Shown here: piece by piece, positions 9,434 to 17,311 of the stretch | Layout of the letters: each line of letters starts with the position of its first letter | Position numbering within the stretch: position 1 is the stretch's first letter | NCBI GenBank assembly: GCA_963720545.1 | Contig: OY970399.1 | Location: 2,336,001 to 2,400,000 of the forward strand | Origin: an uncultured Acidobacteriota bacterium | Lineage (GTDB): Bacteria > Acidobacteriota > Vicinamibacteria > Fen-336 | Reading direction: 5' to 3' | Length of the DNA stretch: 64,000 bases | Notes under the pieces: model-generated | Told to the model about the DNA's origin: nothing | The model's input: only the letters and a program-made list of their open reading frames with translations | Databases searched by the model: none | Position numbers and translations under genes: made by a program

Positions 9434-10301
9434 TCGCGCCCACGGCTGCCACCGCCGAGGCGTCCTTGCGAAAGGCGAGCGAGTAGCTCGGCACCGCGCG
9501 CGCGAAGCTCTCTGCGGTGCGCAGCACCGCGAAGAAGGCAGCCGGCTCCCACGGCGGCAGGAACGAAAAGGCCAGCAGCTGGCTGGCGAAGCCCTGCGGC
9601 TCGATGCGCGTGAGCGCGGTGGTGCGCGACTGCTTCAGCACGAACAGTGCCCGCAGCCGCAACGCGCGCGGCGCGGCATGGCGCGCGGTGCCGTGCCACG
9701 GCGTGCCGTACGCCCACCACTGACCGCGCCGCCGGCGGATCACGAGACGATCGTCGCTCAACACGCTGGCGAGCGGAGCATGCCGGCGAAACAGGCGGCT
9801 GATCGTGGACTTGCCCGCCCCCGAATGGCCGGTGAACGCCACCAGGCCGCGGCCGGTGTCGACGCCGCTCGCATGCAGCACCAAGCCGCCGTCGTAGGCG
9901 AAGTGGTGCTGCAGCAGCAGCTCGTCGAGCGGGAACGAAAGCGCGAAGCCGCGGTGAGCGAGGTACTCGCCCGGCGCCAGGTAGAGCGTGCCACGGCGGC
10001 GGCGACGGTCGATGAGGAGGCCGCGTGCCGGCGGGCCCTTGCCCATGGGGCGGCGAAAGACGTAAAGGATCTTCGCGCCGACTTCGTACGCGCGCCAGGT
10101 TCCGCCCGATTCGAAGACCGGTGCTGCGTCTGGCACCGGCACCGGCGCCAGCACCACCTCGAGGTCGATGTCGGCGCCGCTTTTTGCGCCGAACGCTTCG
10201 TAGCCGCGTGGCAGGCGCAGCGCCGGTGCCCTGGTGTCGTAGCGGAGCCTGATGGTCCTGCCGCCGATGCGCAGCCGCAGGCTGTGGGCGCGCCGCCGCA
10301 G
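9369..10301 (-). CDS. HPr-kinase-like P-loop protein (ScmC-like RiPP accessory)
   Basis: LHASGV, Walker A GHSGAGKST, LSDDR and YGTPWHG motifs in the 3' part of ORF 9369..11513; start uncertain (no ATG; CTG at 10301 just after the rSAM stop). Confidence 0.75.
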   Translation of the reverse strand: MRRRAHSLRLRIGGRTIRLRYDTRAPALRLPRGYEAFGAKSGADIDLEVVLAPVPVPDAAPVFESGGTWRAYEVGAKILYVFRRPMGKGPPARGLLIDRRRRRGTLYLAPGEYLAHRGFALSFPLDELLLQHHFAYDGGLVLHASGVDTGRGLVAFTGHSGAGKSTISRLFRRHAPLASVLSDDRLVIRRRRGQWWAYGTPWHGTARHAAPRALRLRALFVLKQSRTTALTRIEPQGFASQLLAFSFLPPWEPAAFFAVLRTAESFARAVPSYSLAFRKDASAVAAVGAIISGGSAPKPPSGRRSRRGGG

Positions 10302-10306
10302 GACGG

Positions 10307-11587
10307 CTAGCTGCGGGCCGCGGCCGCTGCGGCGCGGACCGGGCGCTCGATCTGGATCAGCGCTTGCGCCTGCGGCTGCGCGGGTTCCGAGTGGCTGCAC
10401 GAACCGCAGCCGCCGAGGTGAATCTCGGCATCGGGTCGCGCGGCGAGCACGCCCGCTCCGACGCAGCACGTCGCGTCGCGGCGATGGCCGCTGTCCTTGC
10501 CGAGCGCCGCGAACGCGCGCAGGTGCGTGACCTCGCAGAAGTTGCGCAGCAGCGCCGTCGGGTCGCCGGTGGCAAGCTCGGCCGAACCCGGGCAGTTGCC
10601 GCAGCCGCTGCGCAGCGTGCACGACTGGCATACCGAGTTGTCCTGCCACTGGCGCGAGCGAGCCTGCGGCAGGAACTCGTTCCAGCCGGTGTCGAAGCTG
10701 CCTTGCTTCAGGTCGTAGGAAGCCTTGCGCGCCAGCTGGCACAACTGCAGCTGGCCATAGGGATCGACGGTGAACGACATCTGCCCGGCGCCGCACTCGA
10801 ACACCTGCTCGGCCACGGCGATGCGCACCTCGCCGCCCGCGGCCGCCGCCGCCGGCGCAAAGGCGTTCCAGATCTTCGCGCGGGTCAACTCGTCCGCGAG
10901 GTCCACCGCGAGAATGTCCTCGGCGTTCACCTGCAGCTCGCCGTTGCGGTTGGCGCCGCAGTCGACGCGCGCGTTCAGCAGGCTGTCGTGGCGGAAGCTG
11001 GTGCCGAGGTTCGCGGCGAAAGCGCGCATCGCCTCGATCTCGTGGACGTTCCAGGAGAGCACCATGGTCTTGAGCTTGAGGTTCAGGCCGCGGCGATAGA
11101 GGCGCTCGATGCCGGCTATGCACTTCTCGAACGAGCCCGGCACGCGGGTGACGCGGTCGTAGGTCGCCTTCGTCATCCCGTAGAGCGTGACCTCGATGGC
11201 GGCGGGACGATGCGCGCTGAGGAAGTCGGCGATGTCCTCGGTGACCATGGTCGCGTTGGTGAAGATGCCGACGCGCAGGCCGCGGCCCAGCGCGTGCAGG
11301 TAGATCTGCCTGAAGTCCCTGCGGATCAGGACCTCGCCGCCGGTGAGCAGCAGCTCGAAGGCGCCGGCGTCCGCCACCTCGTCGATCAGCGTCTTCACCC
11401 GTTCCGTCGACAGCTCGCGGCGCATCTCTTCCGCGTCGCCCGCCGGCTTGTTGACGTAGCAGTGGACGCAGTTGAGGTTGCAGCGGAAGGAGGTCTCGAT
11501 GGTTCCGTCCCACGGCAGACGCCGGCCGCTGACGTCGAGGCTGTGGGCGAAATCGGCGATCGAGATTTCGTCGAGTACGGTCGTCAT
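10307..11587 (-). CDS. Radical SAM/SPASM domain peptide maturase
   Basis: CNLNCVHC, LTGGE, SPASM CGAG..VDPYG..C and CQSC...CGNCPG...C. Confidence 0.92.
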   Translation of the reverse strand: MTTVLDEISIADFAHSLDVSGRRLPWDGTIETSFRCNLNCVHCYVNKPAGDAEEMRRELSTERVKTLIDEVADAGAFELLLTGGEVLIRRDFRQIYLHALGRGLRVGIFTNATMVTEDIADFLSAHRPAAIEVTLYGMTKATYDRVTRVPGSFEKCIAGIERLYRRGLNLKLKTMVLSWNVHEIEAMRAFAANLGTSFRHDSLLNARVDCGANRNGELQVNAEDILAVDLADELTRAKIWNAFAPAAAAAGGEVRIAVAEQVFECGAGQMSFTVDPYGQLQLCQLARKASYDLKQGSFDTGWNEFLPQARSRQWQDNSVCQSCTLRSGCGNCPGSAELATGDPTALLRNFCEVTHLRAFAALGKDSGHRRDATCCVGAGVLAARPDAEIHLGGCGSCSHSEPAQPQAQALIQIERPVRAAAAAARS

Positions 11588-11612
11588 CCGGGCTTCCCGA
11601 GCCCCGCGCGGG

Positions 11613-11774
11613 CTAGCTGCCCTGAGCCGAGTTGATGAGGGTGCCGCCGCGGTTGCAGACGTTCGCGGACACCATGTTTCGCTTGCAGCCCGTCACGGCC
11701 AGCTCATCGGCAACAAGGTTCACTTTGCGAATCCGGGGTGTCTCGTAAGTGGCCTTCGCCTGCTTCGTCTTCAT
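11613..11774 (-). CDS. Putative RiPP precursor, 53 aa (MKTKQAKATYETPRIRKVNLVADELAVTGCKRNMVSANVCNRGGTLINSAQGS)
   Basis: Translated by hand; GGAAGAGGAG SD before ATG 11774; YxxPxI RRE-binding-type motif; co-oriented 25 bp upstream of the rSAM gene. Confidence 0.85.
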   Translation of the reverse strand: MKTKQAKATYETPRIRKVNLVADELAVTGCKRNMVSANVCNRGGTLINSAQGS

Positions 11775-11801
11775 TGACTCCTCTTCCGGCTCGACGGCTC
11801 G

Positions 11802-11872
11802 GGTAGCCTAAGCCCTACCTCGCGCGGGTGTAAAGCCGCGCGTTGACACTGTGCTCTGCCTCACGCTACCCT
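11802..11872. promoter_or_regulatory. Back-to-back sigma70-like promoters for the precursor operon and fur, with two inverted repeats
   Basis: Minus: TTTACA 11834-11829, 18 bp, TAGGCT 11810-11805. Plus: TTGACA 11843-11848, 18 bp, TACCCT 11867-11872. IRs GGTAG-N8-CTACC and CGCGCGG-N8-CCGCGCG. Confidence 0.5.
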
Positions 11873-11886
11873 CGCCATTCGAAAAA

Positions 11887-12375
11887 GTGAGCGCCCGGGG
11901 AAAGAACGAAACGGCCCGCGAAGAGCGCGAAGTCCTCACCGCGCACCTCGCGGCCAACGGCCTGAAACGCAGCGCCCAGAGAGACGCCGTGGTCGAGGTG
12001 TTCTTCCGCTCCGACAGCCACCTCTCGGTGGACGACCTGCTGAAGCTGGTGAAGCGCAAGAACCCGGCGGTGGGACGCACCACCGTCTATCGCACCTTGA
12101 AGCTGCTCACCGCCGCCGGCCTCGCGACCGAGCTGCAGCTGCGCGGCGAGACCCGCTTCGAGCGCGAATACAAGCGCCACCATCACGACCACTTCATCTG
12201 CAACGGCTGCGGCGCGATCTTCGAGTTCTCGAACGACGAGATCGAGCGCGCTCAGGACGATGCCGCGCAGGAGATCGGCTTCACCATCCAGGGCCACCGC
12301 CACCAGATCTTCGGCTTGTGCGCCGCGTGCACGGCCAAGGCGGCGGCGCCGCACGCCGCATCCCGGCCCGCCTAA
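11887..12375 (+). CDS. fur: Fur-family transcriptional regulator
   Basis: TTVYRTLKLL helix, HHHDHFICNGCG and GLCAAC; start at GTG 11887 chosen from the promoter position; Fur vs Zur vs PerR not resolved. Confidence 0.9.
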   Translation: MSARGKNETAREEREVLTAHLAANGLKRSAQRDAVVEVFFRSDSHLSVDDLLKLVKRKNPAVGRTTVYRTLKLLTAAGLATELQLRGETRFEREYKRHHHDHFICNGCGAIFEFSNDEIERAQDDAAQEIGFTIQGHRHQIFGLCAACTAKAAAPHAASRPA

Positions 12376-12396
12376 CGTGCTGGACAGCCCGCGCGG

Positions 12397-13506
12397 GTGA
12401 GGATCGACCGCGTCGAGGTACGAGAAATCCGGCTGCCGCTGCTGCACCCGTTCGAGACCTCGTTCGGCCGCACCACCGAGAAGGTGTTCCTGCTGGTGTC
12501 GGTGTCTGCCGACGGGGTCACCGGTTACGGCGAGTGCGTCACCGATCCCGATCCCTTCTACCTGCCCGAGACGAACGGCACGGTCGCGCACATCCTGCGC
12601 GACTTCCTGGTGCCATTGGTGCTCGGCCGCGAACTGGCCGGGCCCATGGACGCGTGGCCGGCGCTGGCGCGGGTGCGCGGTCACAACATGGCGAAGGCCT
12701 GCCTCGAGATGGCGATCTGGGAATTGTGCGCCCGTCGCGACTCGCTGCCGCTCTACAAGCTGCTCGGCGGCCGCGGCGGCCGCATCGCTTCGGGCGTCTC
12801 GATCGGCCTGCAGCCGAGCGCCGCGACCCTGGTGCAAAAGGTCGCTCTCGAGGTGGCAGCCGGCTACCGCCGCATCAAGGTCAAGATCAAGCGCGGCCAG
12901 GACCTCGAGCTCGCCGCGGCGGTGCGCGCCGAGTTTCCCAAGGTGCCGCTGATGGTGGACGCCAACAGCGATTACCACCTCGGCGATGCCGCGCACCTGC
13001 AGAAGCTCGACGCCTTCGACCTGATGATGATCGAGCAGCCGCTCGCGTGGAACGACATCGGCGACCACGCCATCCTGCAGCGGCAGCTGCAGACTCCGGT
13101 GTGCCTCGACGAGTCGATCGGCGGCCCCGAGGACACGCGCCTCGCCCTGCAGCTTCGGGCATGCCGCATCATCAACATCAAGGTGGGGCGGGTCGGCGGC
13201 TTCGCGATGGCACGCCAGGTGGAAGCGGCGTGCCGCGCCGCCGCGGTGCCGGTGTGGTGCGGCGGCATGCTCGAGTCGGGCATCGGGCGCCTCGCGAACG
13301 TCCACCTGCAGACGCTGCCCGGCTTCACGCTTCCCGGCGACACCTCGGCGAGCGCGCGCTACTTCGCCGAGGACCTCGTCGATCCGCCGGTCACCGTGAG
13401 CCCGCAGGGCGAGATCGACGTTCCCGAGCGTCCCGGGATCGGCCACGAGGTGGTCTCTTCGCGGGTCGAGAAGGCGACGCAGTGGCGCGAGGAATGGCGC
13501 GCCTGA
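12397..13506 (+). CDS. menC: o-Succinylbenzoate synthase / N-succinylamino acid racemase (enolase superfamily)
   Basis: PFETSFG, KVK, VDAN, IEQP, LDES, INIKVGRVGG, WCGGMLESGIGR, PGDTSAS. Confidence 0.85.
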   Translation: MRIDRVEVREIRLPLLHPFETSFGRTTEKVFLLVSVSADGVTGYGECVTDPDPFYLPETNGTVAHILRDFLVPLVLGRELAGPMDAWPALARVRGHNMAKACLEMAIWELCARRDSLPLYKLLGGRGGRIASGVSIGLQPSAATLVQKVALEVAAGYRRIKVKIKRGQDLELAAAVRAEFPKVPLMVDANSDYHLGDAAHLQKLDAFDLMMIEQPLAWNDIGDHAILQRQLQTPVCLDESIGGPEDTRLALQLRACRIINIKVGRVGGFAMARQVEAACRAAAVPVWCGGMLESGIGRLANVHLQTLPGFTLPGDTSASARYFAEDLVDPPVTVSPQGEIDVPERPGIGHEVVSSRVEKATQWREEWRA

Positions 13507-14713
13507 GCGCTTCACCCACCAGGTAGAGGCTGCCCGCAACCACCACGGTTTCGCCGCTGCGCGCGAGACGCCGTGCGAGCGCCAGCGCCGATTGAGTGCC
13601 GGGCGCCGCGCGCAGGCGCTTGCCGAAGCCGAGCGCCGCGACGCGCCTGCGAATTTGCGCTGGCGTCGCGGCGCGCTTGTTGCGCGGCCGCGTCAGGATG
13701 ACGACGCGCGCCAGCGGAAAGAGCGCACGCGCGCTGGCTTCGATGTCCTTGTCGGCCATCATGCCGAAGACGAGCACCACCGGGGCGAGCGGCCGCAGGT
13801 GCGCCGCGAGCGCGCGCGCGGCGGCCGGGTTGTGGGCGCCGTCGAGGAGCAGCGGCGGCACGCCGCCGAGCTGCTGCAGGCGGCCGGGCCACTGCACGCT
13901 GGAGACGGCGGCAGCGGCGCGCGCAAGCTGCACTCCCAGCCCAGCCTGCCGCGCGGCTTCCAACACCCGCAGCGCCACCTCGAGGTTCTGCCGCTGGTGC
14001 CGGCCGGGGAGCGACGCGGCGCCCGGAAATCGCCGCCGCGTGCCGCGCGCCGCGACCAGGCGCGCACCCGCGCGCCGTGCCTCGCGCTCGACCGTGCGCA
14101 GTGCCGCGGCCGGCAGGGGACCGCGCACGGTCACCACACCGCGCCGCATCACTCCGGCCTTCTCGCGCGCGATCGCCGCGAGCGTCGTGCCGAGATACGC
14201 CTCATGGTCGCGGTCGATGCTGACGATCGCCGACACCAGCGGCGCCACCACGTTGGTCGCATCGAGCCGGCCGCCGAGGCCCACTTCGAGGACCATGGCA
14301 TCGACCCCGCGCGCGGCGAACTCGAGGAACGCGGCCGCGGTCAACACTTCGAAATGAGTCGGCTGGGCGGTGAGCCCGCCGCGCGCGACGAGCGCGTTCG
14401 CGGCCGCGCGCACCCTCTGCAGGTGCCGGCCGAGCGCCGCGCTCGAGATGTCACGGCCGTCGACGGCGATCCGTTCGTTCACCGCGACGAGGTGCGGCGA
14501 GATGTAGCGTCCGGTGCGCAGGCCCGAGGCGCGCAGCACCGCGTCGAGGTACGCCACCACCGAGCCCTTGCCGTTGGTGCCGGCGATGAGCAGCGCCGGT
14601 GCGCAGCGGTGCGGGTCGCGCAACTCGTGGAGCAGCGCGCGCATCGCGTCGAGGCCGAACTTCATGCCGAAGCGGGCGCGGCTGTCGAGGTAGCGCGAGA
14701 CCGAAAACGCCAT
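13391..14713 (-). CDS. folC: Folylpolyglutamate/dihydrofolate synthase
   Basis: IAGTNGKGS, SPHL, EVGLGGRLDATN, EKAGV, WPGR, DGAHNP, GSLYLVG. Confidence 0.93.
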   Translation of the reverse strand: MAFSVSRYLDSRARFGMKFGLDAMRALLHELRDPHRCAPALLIAGTNGKGSVVAYLDAVLRASGLRTGRYISPHLVAVNERIAVDGRDISSAALGRHLQRVRAAANALVARGGLTAQPTHFEVLTAAAFLEFAARGVDAMVLEVGLGGRLDATNVVAPLVSAIVSIDRDHEAYLGTTLAAIAREKAGVMRRGVVTVRGPLPAAALRTVEREARRAGARLVAARGTRRRFPGAASLPGRHQRQNLEVALRVLEAARQAGLGVQLARAAAAVSSVQWPGRLQQLGGVPPLLLDGAHNPAAARALAAHLRPLAPVVLVFGMMADKDIEASARALFPLARVVILTRPRNKRAATPAQIRRRVAALGFGKRLRAAPGTQSALALARRLARSGETVVVAGSLYLVGEALRRAIPRATASPSRPAKRPPRGRSRDARERRSRPAGSR

Positions 14714-14798
14714 GCGGGGAACCGCGATTCTCCCAGCAATTCTGAGGACTTGCTGAGGATCGCGGCGCGCGCACAGTCGTAATATCGGCCCAACAACC

Positions 14799-16640
14799 AT
14801 GCCGATGCCGATGAGGCCGACCGCCTGGCTGGCGCTTTTGTCGCTGGTGCTCGCGCCGCCTGCGCTCGCCGACGAAAAACCGGGCGCGCAGAAGAAGGAG
14901 CAGACGCCGGTCGGCACCTGGACCGTGGAACAGCAGCAGGCGCCGCCCAAGGAGGGCAGCCTCTACGAGGAAGCGCTGCGCGCGGCGCCGATCCTCTGGT
15001 TCTCCGACGACGAGCCGCTCCTCAAGGTGCGCAACGGCACCCGCCTCTTCATCCCCGGACCGCTGCCGTGCGACCCCGCGGCCGACCGCGACCGGCCGGT
15101 CGTCTACTACAAGCTCGACAACGTGCGCGTCAACCGGGCGCTCAAGCCCTACGAGCGCACCGCGGTGTACGAGGGGCGGCTGCCGCTCGACTCGATCCGC
15201 CACATGCGCATCAACTACTACTTCTATTACCCCGAGGACAAGGGCCTCGAGCCGCACATCCACGACATCGAGAGCATCAGCATCGAGCTCGACGTCGAGC
15301 GCGACAAGCAGGGACGCGCGCGCGTCGAGCGCAACCGCGTCACCGGCTGGGCGCACGGCTCGGAGCTGATGGCGAACATCCTGCAGATCAAGCCGAGCCT
15401 GCGCAGCGGCAGCGGCGCGCCCGACACCCGCTCGCCGATCACCATCCTGGTGGAGGAGGGCAAGCACGCGAGCTCGCCCGACCGCAACGGCGACGGCGTC
15501 TACACCCCGGGCGTCGACGTCAACGTGCGCGTCGCCGATGCCTGGGGCATTCGCGACGTGTTCGGCAGTGGCGTCATCGGCTCGCGCTACCAGGCGCAGA
15601 TGAGCAAGAACCGCCTGACGCCGGTGATGGCGGGCACCCTGGAGCTGACGCGCGGCCTCGACGACCTCGCGCGCCAGATGGCTGAACTACGGAAGCGCGT
15701 GGACAACGCACCTGCTCCCGCACCCTCGCCCGCGGCAGCCATCGCGGCCGCCCAGGAGGCCGCGGCGCAGGCCACGTTCGATCCCGGCCGCTACCGCATC
15801 GGCCCGAAGCTGCCAGCCGACCACAAGGTGCTGCAGACCTACGAAGAGGAGCGCCTCGTGAATGGCGGCCTCGAGTACCCGAGCGTGCAATACCAGCTGC
15901 GCGACATCACCAGGATCGGCGACGCGCCCTGCGCGACCGAGCCCGCACCGTTTCCGCGCGGCTTCAAGAAGCCGGCCGACGGCGTCGCCGACGACCACGG
16001 CCGGCTCGACTGGAAGCGCCAGGGTCACATCTTCGCGGCTGCCTGCCCCGAACCCGAGACGCCGCACGACACCACAGGCCGCGTCGACGCCGGCGAGGAC
16101 GCAATCCTCATTCCGGAGCCCGACAGCTGCGGCTACCTCAACCTGCCGGCTTCGGTTGCCGAGCTGCAGGGCCGGCCGCCGATCAACCGCAGCAAGTTCA
16201 CGTACAAGTACGGCAAGTGGTGGCCAATCCAGCCGTTTCGCAACGCCTTTCTCGGCGCGCGCTACGACCGCGGCGGCAAGGGCATCACGGCCGGCTTCTA
16301 CTCCGGCTATGGTCTGCCCAAGGTCGGCGGCTGGTTCAACGCCGGCGTCACCATGGTGCGCCGCCAGGAGCACTGGGTGATCGCGACCAACGTCTGGTTC
16401 ACGCCGTCGATCGCGACTCTCGCCACCTGGTATGCGGGCGTCGGCTACGACAACGAAAACAAGTCGCTCGCGGACACCACCGGACATTTCGCGCTCGAGG
16501 GCGGCGTCCAGGTGCGCCACAACGTCCTTGGGTTACGGATCGGCGTGCGCTCGCGCCTGTCGAGCGGCGGCCTGCGCAACTCGGGCATCGTCAGCGAGTT
16601 CGTGTTTGGCCCGACGCCGCGAGGGACGCGGGTCCATTAG
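14799..16640 (+). CDS. Hypothetical exported protein (613 aa) with beta-strand-rich C-terminus
   Basis: Signal peptide ending ALA, strong GC3 bias, YYFYYP..H.HDIE and DRNGDG motifs. Confidence 0.75.
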   Translation: MPMPMRPTAWLALLSLVLAPPALADEKPGAQKKEQTPVGTWTVEQQQAPPKEGSLYEEALRAAPILWFSDDEPLLKVRNGTRLFIPGPLPCDPAADRDRPVVYYKLDNVRVNRALKPYERTAVYEGRLPLDSIRHMRINYYFYYPEDKGLEPHIHDIESISIELDVERDKQGRARVERNRVTGWAHGSELMANILQIKPSLRSGSGAPDTRSPITILVEEGKHASSPDRNGDGVYTPGVDVNVRVADAWGIRDVFGSGVIGSRYQAQMSKNRLTPVMAGTLELTRGLDDLARQMAELRKRVDNAPAPAPSPAAAIAAAQEAAAQATFDPGRYRIGPKLPADHKVLQTYEEERLVNGGLEYPSVQYQLRDITRIGDAPCATEPAPFPRGFKKPADGVADDHGRLDWKRQGHIFAAACPEPETPHDTTGRVDAGEDAILIPEPDSCGYLNLPASVAELQGRPPINRSKFTYKYGKWWPIQPFRNAFLGARYDRGGKGITAGFYSGYGLPKVGGWFNAGVTMVRRQEHWVIATNVWFTPSIATLATWYAGVGYDNENKSLADTTGHFALEGGVQVRHNVLGLRIGVRSRLSSGGLRNSGIVSEFVFGPTPRGTRVH

Positions 16641-16734
16641 TCCGAGGGCGCGAAGCGCCCGAGTTCCGTTCCCGAGGTGCTGGAGGCATTTGTCGCTTGC
16701 GTCGCCCGAGGCATCGCCATCGACCGCTACCGTT

Positions 16735-16763
16735 TGTGGAAAAGTGGGAGAAAGTGTGGAAAA
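16735..16763. promoter_or_regulatory. GTGG/AAAGTG repeats (MraZ-box-like) overlapping two DnaA-box consensus matches
   Basis: TGTGGAAAAGTGGGAGAAAGTGTGGAAAA; TGTGGAAAA at 16735 and 16755 is the reverse complement of TTTTCCACA. Confidence 0.55.
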
Positions 16764-16776
16764 CTTGTAGCTCGCT

Positions 16777-17202
16777 GTGTTCAAAGGCACTTACCGCTAC
16801 AAGATCGACCCGAAAGGACGCCTTCCGGTGCCGCCGGCGTTTCGCCGCGCGCTCGCCCGGCAGGGCCAGTCGCTGGTGGTGACGCCGCTCGATTCCTGCC
16901 TCGCCGTCTACACCGAAACCGAGTGGGAAAGGCTGCGCCAGCAGCTCGAGAGCCTGCCGGCCTTTTCTCGCCAGGCGCTCACGCTCACCCGGCTGGTGGC
17001 GAGCCGTGCGGTCGATGCGGCACTCGACGTCCAGGGCCGCCTGCTGTTGCCGGCGCCGCTGCGCTCCGCCGCGCATCTCACCCGCGACGCGGTCGTCGTC
17101 GGGGTCTTGAGCCGGTTCGAGATCTGGGGCGCCGCCTCCTGGGACAGCTTCGTGAAGGACGCCGAGAAGCTCCTCGACGAAGCCGGGTTTCCGGGAGTGT
17201 GA
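16777..17202 (+). CDS. mraZ: MraZ transcriptional regulator, paralogue 1
   Basis: MFKG..IDPKGRLPVP and LDVQGRLLLP..LR..VVVG..FEIW. Confidence 0.9.
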   Translation: MFKGTYRYKIDPKGRLPVPPAFRRALARQGQSLVVTPLDSCLAVYTETEWERLRQQLESLPAFSRQALTLTRLVASRAVDAALDVQGRLLLPAPLRSAAHLTRDAVVVGVLSRFEIWGAASWDSFVKDAEKLLDEAGFPGV

Positions 17203-17251
17203 TCCAGCTTTCTTCCACAGGCTAGGTCCCGTCTTTCGTTCGCTTTTCGCC

Positions 17252-17310
17252 TTGACTAAGGTTCCGACGGGCCCATAGACTCGCCGTGGCTTTTTGTGGG
17301 CGAAAGTGGG
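17252..17310 (+). promoter_or_regulatory. sigma70-like promoter with three 10-bp-phased GTGG MraZ boxes
   Basis: TTGACT 17252, 18 bp, TAGACT 17276; GTGG at 17286, 17296 and 17306. Confidence 0.65.
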
Positions 17311-17311
17311 C

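Noticed and set aside
9369..11513. 714-aa minus-strand ORF as a single gene
   Set aside because: Its 5' part is an Arg-rich off-frame shadow of the rSAM gene; only the last ~310 codons carry protein motifs
11613..11774. Lasso peptide interpretation of the precursor (YxxP motif, Thr near a Gly/Cys core start, kinase and nucleotidyltransferase nearby)
   Set aside because: No Asp/Glu at core positions 7-9, and no asparagine-synthetase-like cyclase or transglutaminase-like B2 protease in the window
13391..13506. 116-bp convergent overlap of menC-like and folC (and 65-bp overlap at 9369-9433)
   Set aside because: C-terminal run-on past the conserved domain is common where stop codons are rare; no sign of function
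16646..16660. GGGCGC-GAA-GCGCCC hairpin as a terminator
   Set aside because: Only a 6-bp stem without a U-tract; expected by chance at this GC content
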